Assembly: GCA_963747235.1 (NCBI GenBank)
Contig: CAVVEU010000008.1
Location: forward strand, 512,001 to 576,000
Source of the DNA: an uncultured Candidatus Rokubacteria bacterium
Lineage (GTDB): Bacteria; Methylomirabilota; Methylomirabilia; Rokubacteriales; CSP1-6
Direction: 5' to 3'
DNA length: 64,000 nt
Below, in pieces: positions 44,202 through 52,508 of this stretch. A model generated the notes under the pieces. It made no database searches, was not told the origin of the DNA, and saw nothing but the letters and a program-made list of their open reading frames with translations. The number at the start of each line of letters is the position of its first letter. The stretch's first letter is position 1. A program made the position numbers and the translations under genes.

Positions 44202-45128
44202 TTGCTCAGCTACGTCGTCTATCGCCTCCTCTGGCTGGTTCCGACGCTCCTCGCCATGGCGCTCGTCACCTTCCTGGTGATGCACGCCACGCCGGGCAGC
44301 CCGCTCGATCCGGTCGCGGAGGGGGCGAACCCGCTGTCGCCCGACGCCCAGAAGAATCTGGCGGAGGTCTACGGACTCGACAAGCCGCTCTACGTGCAGT
44401 TCGGCATCTTTCTCCAGAAGGCCGTACAGGGCGACTTCGGCACGTCCTTCATTTACAAGACCCGTACCGTGGCCGAGATCATGGTCGAGACGTTCCCGAT
44501 CTCCCTGCTGCTCGGCAGCATGGCCCTGGTGCTGGCGGTGGTGGGTGGCCTCACCCTCGGGGTGCTGGCCGCCGTCTACCAGAACCGCTCGTGGGACTAC
44601 GTCTCGGTGAGCGTGGCGACCCTCGGGGTGAGCGTCCCGAACTTCGTGCTCGCCGTGTTCCTGATCGTGCTCTTCTCCTTCGTCCTGCCCATCTTCCCGA
44701 CGGGGGGCTGGAACTCGCCGCAGGACTGGGTGCTGCCGACGGTCACGCTCGCGCTGGCCCCGATGGGCATCATCGCGCGCTTCACGCGCTCGAGCATGCT
44801 GGAGGTCATCCGCTCCGACTACATCGTGACCGCGCGGGCCAAGGGCCTGGCCGAGACGCCGGTCATCCTCAAGCACGTGCTCAAGAACGGCTTCATCCCG
44901 GTGGTCACCCTGCTCGGCCCGATGTTCGCCGCGGTGGGGACCGGCTCGTTCTTCGTGGAGTCCATCTTCCGCATTCCGGGCATGGGGCGCTTCTTCGTGC
45001 TCTCGATGACCGGCCGCGACTATCCGATGATCATGGCGGTCGTGCTCATCTACGGCGCGTTCCTCGCCCTGATGAACCTCGTGGTCGACCTCCTCTATGG
45101 CCTTATCGACCCCCGCATCCGATACTAG
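44202..45128 (+). CDS. oppB: Peptide ABC transporter permease OppB
   Basis: YGLDKPL, GDFGTSF, DYIVTARAKGL, ESIFRIPGMG, RDYP, IDPRIRY. Confidence 0.9.
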   Translation: MLSYVVYRLLWLVPTLLAMALVTFLVMHATPGSPLDPVAEGANPLSPDAQKNLAEVYGLDKPLYVQFGIFLQKAVQGDFGTSFIYKTRTVAEIMVETFPISLLLGSMALVLAVVGGLTLGVLAAVYQNRSWDYVSVSVATLGVSVPNFVLAVFLIVLFSFVLPIFPTGGWNSPQDWVLPTVTLALAPMGIIARFTRSSMLEVIRSDYIVTARAKGLAETPVILKHVLKNGFIPVVTLLGPMFAAVGTGSFFVESIFRIPGMGRFFVLSMTGRDYPMIMAVVLIYGAFLALMNLVVDLLYGLIDPRIRY

Positions 45129-46021
45129 CCTGCCCACGCCGGGCGGCGCGGCGCTGGCTCTGCCTCGATCCGAGATCCGGGGCTCGAGCCTCTGGCGCGA
45201 TGCCTGGCGCCGCCTGCTCCGCAACAAGCTGGCGGTGGTGGGCGGGGTGGTGGTCATGCTGCTCGTGCCTGCTCGCCATCTTCGCCGACCTGATCGCGCC
45301 GCAGTCGTACACCAAGCCCAACTTCGGCCGGCTGTACGAGTTTCCCTCCCGGGACTACCCGCTCGGGACCGATCAGCTCGGGCGCGACGTGCTCTCGCGG
45401 CTGATCTACGGCGCCCGCGTGTCGATGCTGGTGGGTCTCGGGGCGCAGATCATCATCGTGCTGATCGGCGTCCCCATCGGCGCCCTGTCCGGCTTCATCG
45501 GCGGCCGCACCGACCTGATCCTCACCCGCTTCGTGGACGTGATGTACGCCTTCCCGCGCCTGCTCTTCGTCATCCTCGTCATGTCGATGCTGGGGGCCGG
45601 GCTGATGAACATCTTCATCGCGCTCGGCCTCACCGGGTGGGTGGGCATCGCGCGCCAGACGCGCGCCCAGGTCCTCTCCATCAAGGAGAAGGAGTTCGTG
45701 GAGGGCGCGCGCGCCCTCGGGGCCGGCTTCTTGCGGGTGATGACCCGCCACGTGCTGCCGAGCGCGCTCACCCCCATCGTGGTCTCGATCACCTTCGGCA
45801 TTCCGGAAGCGATCTTCACCGAGGCCGCGCTGTCGTTCATCGGCGTCGGCATCAACCCGCCCACGCCCTCGTGGGGGCAGATGGTGGGCGAGAACCAGCA
45901 GTTCCTCCGCTCCTACTGGCACCTCTGCGTGTTCCCCTCCATCGCCATCGCGGTGACCATGCTCTCGTTCACCTTCTTCGGCGACGGGGTCCGGGACGCG
46001 CTCGACCCCAAGCTGAAGTAA
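45097..46021 (+). CDS. oppC: Peptide ABC transporter permease OppC; frameshift ~45268
   Basis: WRRLLRNKLA, LGTDQLGRD, EFVEGARALGA, EAALSFIG, GDGVRDALDP. Confidence 0.9.
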
Positions 46022-46041
46022 CTCACAGGAGGACAACCACC

Positions 46042-47787
46042 ATGCGGATTCCACCGATGCGAATTCCGGACGCCCAGATGGATCTCTTCGCCAAGCGCCT
46101 CGAGTCCATCGGGGTCGGCCGGCGCGACTTCCTGAAGGTGGTCGGCGCCATGGCCGCCTTCGGCGGGCTCGGCTTCGCGAGCGAGGCCCGGGCGGCCAAG
46201 CCGTCCAAGCCCGGGGCCGGCGAGAAGCTGGCCAAGGAGCAGGTGCTCCGCTACGGCGGCGGCGGCTGGTTCCAGAACGAGCCCTCCAGCCACGACTTCA
46301 ACAAGGACCTCTACTGCTCCGGCGTGCCCGCCCTCTTCGCGGGCCTGATGGTCTTCAACGCCGACTTCGTGTCGGTGCCGTGGATGGCGACCAAGGTGGA
46401 GGGCAACAAGGACGGCTCGGTCTGGACCTTCACGATTCGGAAGGATAGTCGTTGGTCCGACAACTCGCCGGTGTCGGCGCGGGACTTCGAGTGGTCGTGG
46501 AAGCGCCAGCTCGATCCGGCCACCGCGGCGCCCTACGCGTCCTTCCTCTACGACCTCAAGAACGGCGAGGCCTACAACAAGAAGCAGATCACCGACGCGA
46601 GCCAGGTCGGCGTGCGCGCCAAGGACGACTGGACCCTCGAGGTGACGCTGGAAGGCCCGCGCGGCTACTTCCCGGTGCTGGCCGCCTACCTGGCCGCCCT
46701 GCCGGCCCACAAGGGCGCGGTGGAGAAGTTCGGCGACAAGTGGACGGAAGCCGGCAACATCGTCAGCAACGGGCCGTTCACGCTCGAGGCGTGGGAGCAC
46801 AACAAGCAGATCGTGCTCAAGAAGAACCCCTACTACTACGGCGCCAAGGACGTGCATCTGACCCGGGTGGTGATCCCGATCATCCCCATCGCCTCGGGGA
46901 CACTGCCCTACGAGAACAACGAGCTCGACCTGACCGCGCTGCAGGCGGGCGACCTCAAGCGGCTCCAGTCCGATCCGCGGATGTCGAAGGACGTCTTCCG
47001 GTACCCGTTCCCGGGCACCTGGTATCTGCTTCCGCAGGCGACGAAGCCGCCGTTCGACAACTTGAAGGTCCGCAAGGCGGTGGCGCACGCCATCGACCGC
47101 GAGAACATCGTCAAGGTGAGCCAGGGCCTCGCGGTTCCGGCCTGGTCGATGATCCCGCCCGGCTTCCCGGGCGCGATCGACGACGCCAAGATCAAGGCCC
47201 TCCAGAAGTACGACAAGAAGCTGGCCCTGGAGCAGCTCAAGGGCACGCCGTTCGAGGGCGGGAAGAACTGGCCCAAGATCACGCTCTCGATGCGCGACGA
47301 GGGCCTCGGCTCGAAGCCGCTCGCCGAAGCGATCCAGGCGGTGCTGCTCGACTCGCTCAACATGAAGACGGACCTGGAAGTCCTGGAGCCGCGGGTGTTC
47401 CGCGAGCGGCTGTGGAAGCAGGATCTCCAGTTCGTGTGGATCCGCTGGTTCATGGACTACCCGGACCCGCACAACGAGTACTTCGACACCTTCTACGGCA
47501 AGAAGACCACCGGCCGGCGCCAGGCCTGGGTCAACGACGCCTTCGACAAGGAGCTCGAGGCCGGCCGCGACACGCGCGACCCCAAGAAGCGCCTCGAGCA
47601 CTACAAGAAGGCCGAGGAGATCATGCAGCAGGACGTCGGCTACGTGCCGGTGGCGTGGGTGGTGCGCTACGCGGCCAAGAAGCCGTGGGTGGGCGGCATC
47701 GAGAAGAACAAGGCGGGCGAGTTCGTGGTGGACGGCAACATCTACGTGGACATGTTCGAGCACATCTACATCACCGAGAAGGGCTAG
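46042..47787 (+). CDS. oppA: Peptide ABC transporter substrate-binding protein (family 5) with Tat signal
   Basis: GRRDFLK twin-arginine motif; WSDNSPVSARDF, NGPF, PPFDNLKVRKA, WFMDYPDP. Confidence 0.9.
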   Translation: MRIPPMRIPDAQMDLFAKRLESIGVGRRDFLKVVGAMAAFGGLGFASEARAAKPSKPGAGEKLAKEQVLRYGGGGWFQNEPSSHDFNKDLYCSGVPALFAGLMVFNADFVSVPWMATKVEGNKDGSVWTFTIRKDSRWSDNSPVSARDFEWSWKRQLDPATAAPYASFLYDLKNGEAYNKKQITDASQVGVRAKDDWTLEVTLEGPRGYFPVLAAYLAALPAHKGAVEKFGDKWTEAGNIVSNGPFTLEAWEHNKQIVLKKNPYYYGAKDVHLTRVVIPIIPIASGTLPYENNELDLTALQAGDLKRLQSDPRMSKDVFRYPFPGTWYLLPQATKPPFDNLKVRKAVAHAIDRENIVKVSQGLAVPAWSMIPPGFPGAIDDAKIKALQKYDKKLALEQLKGTPFEGGKNWPKITLSMRDEGLGSKPLAEAIQAVLLDSLNMKTDLEVLEPRVFRERLWKQDLQFVWIRWFMDYPDPHNEYFDTFYGKKTTGRRQAWVNDAFDKELEAGRDTRDPKKRLEHYKKAEEIMQQDVGYVPVAWVVRYAAKKPWVGGIEKNKAGEFVVDGNIYVDMFEHIYITEKG

Positions 47788-47795
47788 GGCCCGAC

Positions 47796-48237
47796 ATGAG
47801 ACCGAAGCATTCGCGTTGCGCGCGCGGCGCTGTTCGTGGTGGCGGGGTTGCTGGCGGGGCACCGGAGTGAGCCGCGGCCCAGGCCGACCTGACCAAGGCG
47901 CTGGTCGGGACGTGGAAGGGTGAGCTCCAGCAGCGGGCGCAGAAGGGGGCCGATCCCACCCTGGTGCTCATCATCAAGTCGGTGAAGCAGGAGGACGGCA
48001 AGTGGGTGGCGGACGCCCGCGTGGGGCCACCGAGGACAAGACCGCGAAAGTGAATCTCGAGATCGACACCAGCGGTAGCAAGCCGTCTCGTGCGGTGGAC
48101 GGGGGCGATCGGGCTGGTCAGTACGACCTGAGCCTCATCGACGAGAAGAACCTGGTCGGGAACGGCGACCCTGACCACGAGCCAGGCGGGAGCGGGGCGA
48201 CCGGGATCGGCCGGTGAAGCTCGAGAAGAAGGAGTAG
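47796..48237 (+). CDS. Secreted beta-rich hypothetical protein (several frameshifts)
   Basis: Fragments ALFVVAGLLAG / AQADLTKALVGTWKGEL / QYDLSLIDEKNLVG / PVKLEKKE* across frames. Confidence 0.55.
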
Positions 48238-48257
48238 CAGCCGAGCCGACCGCCACG

Positions 48258-48330
48258 CTCACCCTGCCCTCTCGCCCGGGAGAGGGTTTCGGATCCTCGC
48301 CCCCGAAGGGGGAGAGGGCAGGGTGAGGGG
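48258..48330. repeat. BoxC-like palindromic repeat, intergenic copy
   Basis: CTCACCCTGCCCTCTC...GGGAGAGGG...GGGGGAGAGGGCAGGGTGAGGGG between convergent genes. Confidence 0.7.
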
Positions 48331-48340
48331 AGCTGCGGTG

Positions 48341-49151
48341 TTACTTCGAGACCTGCACGGTGCCCTTCATGTTGGGGTGTAGCGCGCAGTTGTAGTTGAA
48401 GACGCCCTCGTCCTTGAAGGTCAGGGACGCGTTCTGGCCCTTCAGCAGGAACCCGGTCTTGAGCGGCGTCCCCGCCACCGTGACCTGGTGGGGCGAGTCA
48501 TCGGTGTTGGTCCACGTGATGGTCTTGCCGGGGGTGATCGTGACGCCGGGGGGTCCGAACGTGAAGGCGCCGATATTGACCCCGAGCGATCCTGCGGGCG
48601 CGGGCGCCGCGCTCGCCACCATGGTGCGGCCCGCCAGCGCGGGGTAGGAGATCACGTAGTCGATCTGGTCGTGCGGCTTGTGGCACTGGAAGCACGCCTT
48701 GTAGTTGGCCTTGTCGTTGAACTTGCCGTCCGCGCCGAAGACCGAGTACTCCCACTCCCCGTTGCGGATGTCGTCGCCGTACTCCGTGCCCCAGCCGGTG
48801 CGCTTCTCCATCACCGCGTAGGCGATCAGGTCGCCCTTCAGGAAGCGGCCCTTGGCGTCCTTGAGCGGGATTGCCCTGGGCGTCCACCTGGGCCTTGTAC
48901 TGGACCAGGGTGAGCACGGTGCCGCTCGGGAGCGGCTTGCCCTCCTTGGCGGCCTGGACCGCGCCGGCGGTGGCGTAGAGCTCGCGATACTGCTTGACGT
49001 CGTACCGGTCGGCGATGGTGTAGAGGACCCCGTCCTTGTAGTTGGCCGGGAACACGATCTTCTCCGGACCCGCGCTGCTGCGCGAGACCACCGCGGCCAG
49101 CGCGGCCAGGACCACGGTCACGACGACGATCCCGAGAACTCGTTTGCTCAT
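48341..49151 (-). CDS. Cytochrome P460-family domain fused to a cupredoxin (amicyanin-like) domain; frameshift ~48868
   Basis: Signal peptide; FPANYK, RELYA, PLPSGTVL, VMEK, RNGEWEY, CFQCH; then WTNTDDSPH...CALHPNM type-1 Cu ligands. Confidence 0.85.
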
Positions 49152-49235
49152 ATACCCTCCGTGTGCGGGCGTGATCGGACGTTCTGCGGGAGTCTACGGA
49201 TGAGGCGGCCGCCTGGACGTCACAGCCGTGTGAAT

Positions 49236-49649
49236 TTATCGCCGGCCGTGGGCGCTCTCGGACTGGGTGGGCAGCAGGGACACGTGGCTGTGGACGGCCA
49301 GCCACCGGCCGTCCCGCCGGGCGAGGTTGAACGTGGCCCGGCCGTGCCGCGTGAAGGGCTTCCCGTCGGGACCGGTGGCCTCCGACGCCCAGGTCGCGGC
49401 GACCCAGGCCGAGTCGCCGGCGCCCGCCGCGTCGCGGTCCGCGTCGAAGCGGAAGCCGCGGATGCGCGGCCAGATCTGGCGCCACTGCTCGCGCTCGATG
49501 TTGTCGAGGCCGTGGACCGCGGTCGCGTAGGTGCCGAAGGCCACCGCGTCCGGGGCGAAGAGGCGGCGCCCCGCCGCGAAGTCCTGGCCGCGGCACGCGG
49601 CCTCGAACGTGGTCAACCACTCGAGCGCTTCCGATCGGGCGTCGGACAT
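49236..49649 (-). CDS. SnoaL/NTF2-like protein
   Basis: LFAPDAVAFGT, GRATFNL, WLAVHSHVSL. Confidence 0.82.
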   Translation of the reverse strand: MSDARSEALEWLTTFEAACRGQDFAAGRRLFAPDAVAFGTYATAVHGLDNIEREQWRQIWPRIRGFRFDADRDAAGAGDSAWVAATWASEATGPDGKPFTRHGRATFNLARRDGRWLAVHSHVSLLPTQSESAHGRR

Positions 49650-49714
49650 GCGCGGATTATGCGGCGATCCGGGGCCTTGTCAAGCCGGGGCCGAGTCGCT
49701 ATCCTGCGGCTCCA

Positions 49715-50140
49715 ATGACGAACCTCCGGCTCGTCACGCCCTGGGTCGCCGCCGCGGCGCTGCTCGTCGGTATCGGGAGCGATCCGGGCGCCGAAGACCG
49801 CGTCCTCGTGTCCGACGATCCCGTGACGAGGATCGAGAGCGCGCTGCTGGTCTCGCCGCAGGACAAGATGGGCGATGCGCCGGAGGCTCCCGGCCTCCCG
49901 CAGGGCGATGCGGGACCGATCCGGCTCGGCGCACTTGCCGCGGTCGTGGGCCTGGCCGTCCGTCGCGGGTCCGTGAATCGGCTCGAGTCGTCGTCGTCGC
50001 GTGGGCCTCCCGGCGAACCGGGATCCGCCCATCGCTTCCTTCCCGCCCCGTCCCGTCCCGCAGCCACAACATTCCGCTCGACCCGCCCCACCGCTGGAGC
50101 ACCGGCCGTGGTCTGTCCACGTGCAGTGCACGCTTCATAA
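49715..50140 (+). CDS. Hypothetical signal-peptide protein with RGPP motif (possible leader/arrest peptide)
   Basis: Hydrophobic N-terminus; SSRGPP at 50000-50011; TATCCT 9 nt before ATG. Confidence 0.45.
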   Translation: MTNLRLVTPWVAAAALLVGIGSDPGAEDRVLVSDDPVTRIESALLVSPQDKMGDAPEAPGLPQGDAGPIRLGALAAVVGLAVRRGSVNRLESSSSRGPPGEPGSAHRFLPAPSRPAATTFRSTRPTAGAPAVVCPRAVHAS

Positions 50141-50162
50141 CCCGAACACAGGAGAACGCGCC

Positions 50163-50420
50163 ATGAGACTGCTCTCGATCGCGATCGCAACCGCCCTGGT
50201 GGGGATCTGCGGCGGCCCGGCCCTGGCCGGCGAGTGCCCCATGCTGCAGACGCAGATGGAGCGTCAGGTCAACAACCGGTTCGACAGCGCCGCCTACACC
50301 GCGCGGGAGAACATGAAGCAGGCCTCCGCCCTCCACTCGCAGGGCAAGCACGCGGAGTCGGTGGCCAAGTACGAGGAAGCGGCCAAGGCGGTGGGAGTCA
50401 CGCTGGACCGCAAGAAGTAA
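50163..50420 (+). CDS. Small secreted helical protein (CP...LHxxGKHAES)
   Basis: AGGAG RBS; signal peptide ending ALA; ECP and ALHSQGKHAESV. Confidence 0.8.
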   Translation: MRLLSIAIATALVGICGGPALAGECPMLQTQMERQVNNRFDSAAYTARENMKQASALHSQGKHAESVAKYEEAAKAVGVTLDRKK

Positions 50421-50513
50421 GCGGCGCCCGTCCCGGCGCCGCGGGCGTGGGCCCGCCGGGCACGTCCGCGGCGCCGCGTGCGGGACAGGATGGGGTAGGC
50501 TGAGCCTCGAGCC

Positions 50514-50789
50514 ATGGACGAGCCCGAGCCGGTCATCCTCCCGATCGAGGATTCGCTCGATCTTCACGCCTTCGCCCCGCGGGACGTCCGCTCGGTGGTG
50601 GACGAGTATCTCCGCCAGGCCGCGGCGCGGGGCTTCGGCGAAGTGCGCCTGATCCACGGCAAGGGCACCGGAACCCAGCGGGCCATCGTCCGGAGCGTGC
50701 TGGCCGGGCATCCCGACGTGCTGCGCTTCTTCGACGGCCCTCCCGAGCGGGGCGGATGGGGCGCGACGGTGGTGGTGCTGAAGCGCTAG
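50514..50789 (+). CDS. Smr/MutS2 domain protein
   Basis: LDLH, IHGKGTG, GGWGATVV. Confidence 0.92.
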   Translation: MDEPEPVILPIEDSLDLHAFAPRDVRSVVDEYLRQAAARGFGEVRLIHGKGTGTQRAIVRSVLAGHPDVLRFFDGPPERGGWGATVVVLKR

Positions 50790-51574
50790 TCCCGGTCTGC
50801 CCGCAGCAGGAGCATCCGGTCGCTGAACGAGACGATGCGGCCCTGCTCGAGGGCGAAGTCGAAGGCCTCGCGGCAGCGGGCGGGCGCGGCCAGCACGAAG
50901 CGCTCCAGATCGGCCCGGGCCTCGGCGGTCATCCGCATGCGGCTCGTCCAGTCGTCCCAGCTCCGGCGCCGGCTCATCACCGCCTCGTCCATCACGGTGA
51001 GCCCGGCCGCGCGCAGGAACGCGGTCCACTCGAGCTGGCGGAAGGCGCGCACGTGGCTCGGATCGCGCCGCCGCTCCACCTCGGTGATGAAGGCGGCGGC
51101 CTCCTCGTCGTCGTGGCCCAGGATGTCCTGCACCAGGAAGGAGCCGCCCGCCCGCAGCACCCGCGCCACCTCACGCATCACGGGCAGGAGCGCCGGGAAG
51201 TGGTGGGCCGCGATGCGGCACGTCACCGTCCCGAAGGTGCCGCTCCGGAAGGGCAGGGCCTCGACATCGGCGGCGAGAAAATGGATCGGGCGCGCGTCCG
51301 GGCCCGCCGCCTGCGCGGCGGTGAACTCGCGGGCGGCCCGCAGCATCGGCAGGGTGAGATCCACCGCGGCCACGCTCCGGGTGAAGCGCGAGAAGGCGAG
51401 CGCGGTATGGCCGCCGCCGGTGGCGATGTCGAGCACCCGCGCGGCGCCCCGCTTGCGGCCCCACGCGAGGAGCTGCTCCAGATCCGGCCCGGCGGCGTGG
51501 CCGGGGCTCGTCACGTAGGCCGCGCGCTCGGCCCGAACTGGGCCCGTGACCTGCGCCTTCTGCTCCTCGCTCAC
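50786..51574 (-). CDS. Class I SAM-dependent methyltransferase (YcgJ/YafE-like)
   Basis: YVTSPGH, LDIATGGGHT, CRIAAHHF, RRDPSHV. Confidence 0.88.
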   Translation of the reverse strand: MSEEQKAQVTGPVRAERAAYVTSPGHAAGPDLEQLLAWGRKRGAARVLDIATGGGHTALAFSRFTRSVAAVDLTLPMLRAAREFTAAQAAGPDARPIHFLAADVEALPFRSGTFGTVTCRIAAHHFPALLPVMREVARVLRAGGSFLVQDILGHDDEEAAAFITEVERRRDPSHVRAFRQLEWTAFLRAAGLTVMDEAVMSRRRSWDDWTSRMRMTAEARADLERFVLAAPARCREAFDFALEQGRIVSFSDRMLLLRADRD

Positions 51575-51590
51575 GCCGGAATGCGGGTCC

Positions 51591-52325
51591 TCAGAGATCG
51601 CGGACCACGCGACGGGCGCGATCCACGTTCCGGCGGAAGAGGTCGAAGGAGTTCTCCATCGTGGGCTTGCGACCCTGCCCGCGGTCGAGGGTGAAGCACG
51701 AGAAGGTGATGTCGTGGGCCAGGGGGAAGTCGCGGTAGAGCTGGCCCGCCACCTTCTGCGGATTCTCCGAGCGGGTGATCTCGAAGTCCTCGAGCGCGCG
51801 CAGCGGGGGCATGCGCTCGCCGTGCTTGGTGCGCACCCACTTCATGGTGCCGCCGAGCAGGTAGGACAGGAAGAGGCAGTCCACCAGCATGGACTCGGTC
51901 CACGGGATCGCCTTCTGGTAGCCCGCCACGAACCGCGCCCCGGTGGACAGCAGGAAGTTCTTCGCGGTGTCCGGCGTGACGAAGTCGCAGGCGCCGAAGA
52001 TGTAGCCCGTGCCGGTGCTGGGCCGGCAGTGATCCACCAGGGTCTCGAGCCGGATCACCTTGTCGCCGATCCCGACCAGCTTGCGCCGCTGGCCGTGCGA
52101 GGCGATGTAGCAGACCTGGAAGGAGCGCCGGCGGCGGCGGACTTCCTCGAGCAGCAGGCCGAGGTCGTAGCTCGAGTAGAAGCGCCGGTACACGAGGTTG
52201 ACCCGGATGCCTTCCCAGGCCAGCGACTGCTTGATGGCCTTCAGGTAGGGAAGCACCGAGGGCTCGTCGTCCAGCAGACGGCCCTTCTTGTTCCACATCG
52301 ACTCCAGCACCACGACACCCGGCAT
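51591..52325 (-). CDS. Hypothetical protein, DUF6642/caspase-hemoglobinase-fold-like
   Basis: LESMW, SVLPYL, YIASHG, IFGAC, TGARFVAGY...W. Confidence 0.6.
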   Translation of the reverse strand: MPGVVVLESMWNKKGRLLDDEPSVLPYLKAIKQSLAWEGIRVNLVYRRFYSSYDLGLLLEEVRRRRRSFQVCYIASHGQRRKLVGIGDKVIRLETLVDHCRPSTGTGYIFGACDFVTPDTAKNFLLSTGARFVAGYQKAIPWTESMLVDCLFLSYLLGGTMKWVRTKHGERMPPLRALEDFEITRSENPQKVAGQLYRDFPLAHDITFSCFTLDRGQGRKPTMENSFDLFRRNVDRARRVVRDL

Positions 52326-52431
52326 CGGTCCATCCTCGAGTAGCGGTCGGTCTCCGGCCCTGATCTCACCCCGGCGGGAGCCCCAGGGACCCCTGGGTGC
52401 GCCATGATATCACCGGTCCGGCTCGTATGGG

Positions 52432-52500
52432 ATTGGATGATCTTGGAATCATCCAATTGGACGTTTACAGGTACCACAAACACCAAGATAATGGATGATA
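52432..52500 (+). promoter_or_regulatory. Candidate MocR operator
   Basis: Perfect inverted repeat ATTGGATGAT-N6-ATCATCCAAT (52432-52457) plus direct copy ATGGATGATA (52491-52500). Confidence 0.7.
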
Positions 52501-52508
52501 CTCGAGCC

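Noticed and set aside
45097-47787. Apparent OppC-OppA fusion
   Set aside because: Frameshift at ~45268; OppA has its own AGGAGG RBS and ATG 46042
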